NCBI GenBank assembly: GCA_040752695.1
Contig: JBFMGO010000045.1
Location: 1-38,924, forward strand
Reading direction: 5' to 3'
DNA: 38,924 nt
Source: a bacterium
GTDB lineage: Bacteria; SZUA-182; DTGQ01
Below, piece after piece: positions 38,213 to 38,924 of the stretch. The position numbers and the translations under genes are program-made. The notes beneath the pieces are model-generated. The model was not told the DNA's origin. It ran no database searches and saw only the letters and a list, made by a program, of their open reading frames with translations. Positions within the stretch are counted from its first letter, which is position 1, and each line of letters starts with the position of its first letter.

Positions 38213-38842
38213 ATGTTTTCCAAAAAACGCATGCTTTCTCTGGTAGCCCTGGGGTTACTCATAGGAGTGGGAATCGCCTGGCTGTTTACTCCGGCGGCTC
38301 AGGCAGCCAACTGGATAAATCTTCCACCTTATAATACCTTATGGCCATTATGGTCTCCTCCCCTTTCCCCGACGAACCCCTTGACCGGATTACCCACGCC
38401 AATCGTCAGCAATCTAAAGCCGAGCACCGTACTCCCCGTGCAGCCCGGCCTGACCTGGGATCCGAGACTCAAGTATCCGTGGCTCTTGTACAATACCCCG
38501 CTGGGCATGGCTTATTATGATCCTCTCTATGGTATCGATACCTGGCCGCCGGATTATTTCAAAGATCCTATTACCGGCCTTCCGGTCCCGATCAATCTTA
38601 CTCTGATCAAGGGCTGGAGTCTTCTCTTGCCCACGTCCACAAGCTGGCTGAGCAACAACGTGCCAGTAGCCAACAATGCCTTCATCAATGCCTATCCGGC
38701 TTATGCCGTAGCCTACGAGATCCTCCAGGGAGGAACTCTGGCCAGTTACCCGATTTTTGCCTCTTTGTTGAATCCTCCTCCTCCGCTGCAATCTCTCTTG
38801 ACTCCCGCTCTTCTCCTCGGTCTGGGGGCTTTGGCTCCTTAA
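38213..38842 (+). CDS. Family A secreted protein, copy A3
   Basis: SD AAGGAGGTG before the ATG at 38213 (ORF open from 38180). Different signal peptide; the mature region has about a dozen substitutions relative to A1. Confidence 0.9.
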   Translation: MFSKKRMLSLVALGLLIGVGIAWLFTPAAQAANWINLPPYNTLWPLWSPPLSPTNPLTGLPTPIVSNLKPSTVLPVQPGLTWDPRLKYPWLLYNTPLGMAYYDPLYGIDTWPPDYFKDPITGLPVPINLTLIKGWSLLLPTSTSWLSNNVPVANNAFINAYPAYAVAYEILQGGTLASYPIFASLLNPPPPLQSLLTPALLLGLGALAP

Positions 38843-38892
38843 GTTTTTCGCTTCTCTTTCGAGCTGGCTGAATCTTTCGAGGCAGTTTTCGT

Positions 38893-38924
38893 GTATCAGA
38901 CAGGGAATATTCCCTGTCTGATAC
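38893..38924. repeat. Perfect 32-bp palindrome at the window end
   Basis: gtatcagacagggaat|attccctgtctgatac. Confidence 0.9.

Noticed and set aside
33951..38842. Diversity-generating retroelement template/variable repeats
   Set aside because: No reverse transcriptase in the window. A1/A2 differ by one G/C change, and the A3 differences are mostly synonymous rather than adenine-specific.
33918..38842. Type IV pilins, PEP-CTERM or LPXTG proteins
   Set aside because: No G|FxxxE prepilin site, no PEP or LPXTG motif, and no TM helix with a basic tail.

Overview
Chromosomal window from a diderm bacterium (TamAB and a lipoprotein are present); the lineage cannot be determined from the sequence. 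From left to right: (1) 1-12.9 kb is the end of a surface-polysaccharide locus: partial SDR, two GT4, an AsnB-type amidotransferase, a Trp-rich exported protein, a Gfo/Idh/MocA-epimerase fusion, GT2 and a CelD/BcsL-like GNAT. (2) 13.1-22.7 kb holds tamA-tamB, a TraR/DksA protein, a nitroreductase, an archaeal-type SAM synthetase and an HD hydrolase. (3) 22.9-38.9 kb is a cluster of exported proteins, most of which I cannot assign to a known family. The main candidate for a novel system is a set of secreted, almost uncharged, low-complexity proteins: four paralogs of a Pro/Leu/Trp-rich 'LPPYNTLWPLWS' protein (family A; two copies are nearly identical in DNA), two Pro/Thr/Ala/Val-rich companions (family B) in tandem A-B cassettes, a GGLYG-repeat protein and a Tyr/Ser/Thr-rich protein. 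They share a signal-peptide style, usually with Gln as the first mature residue, and most have Leu-rich C-terminal tails. Most are preceded by sigma54 (-24/-12) promoter motifs, several with IHF-like or palindromic sites and orphan Shine-Dalgarno motifs. I infer a co-regulated extracellular structural-protein (matrix, sheath or coat) system linked to the polysaccharide locus; this is untested. I found no rRNA, tRNA, CRISPR or mobile element.
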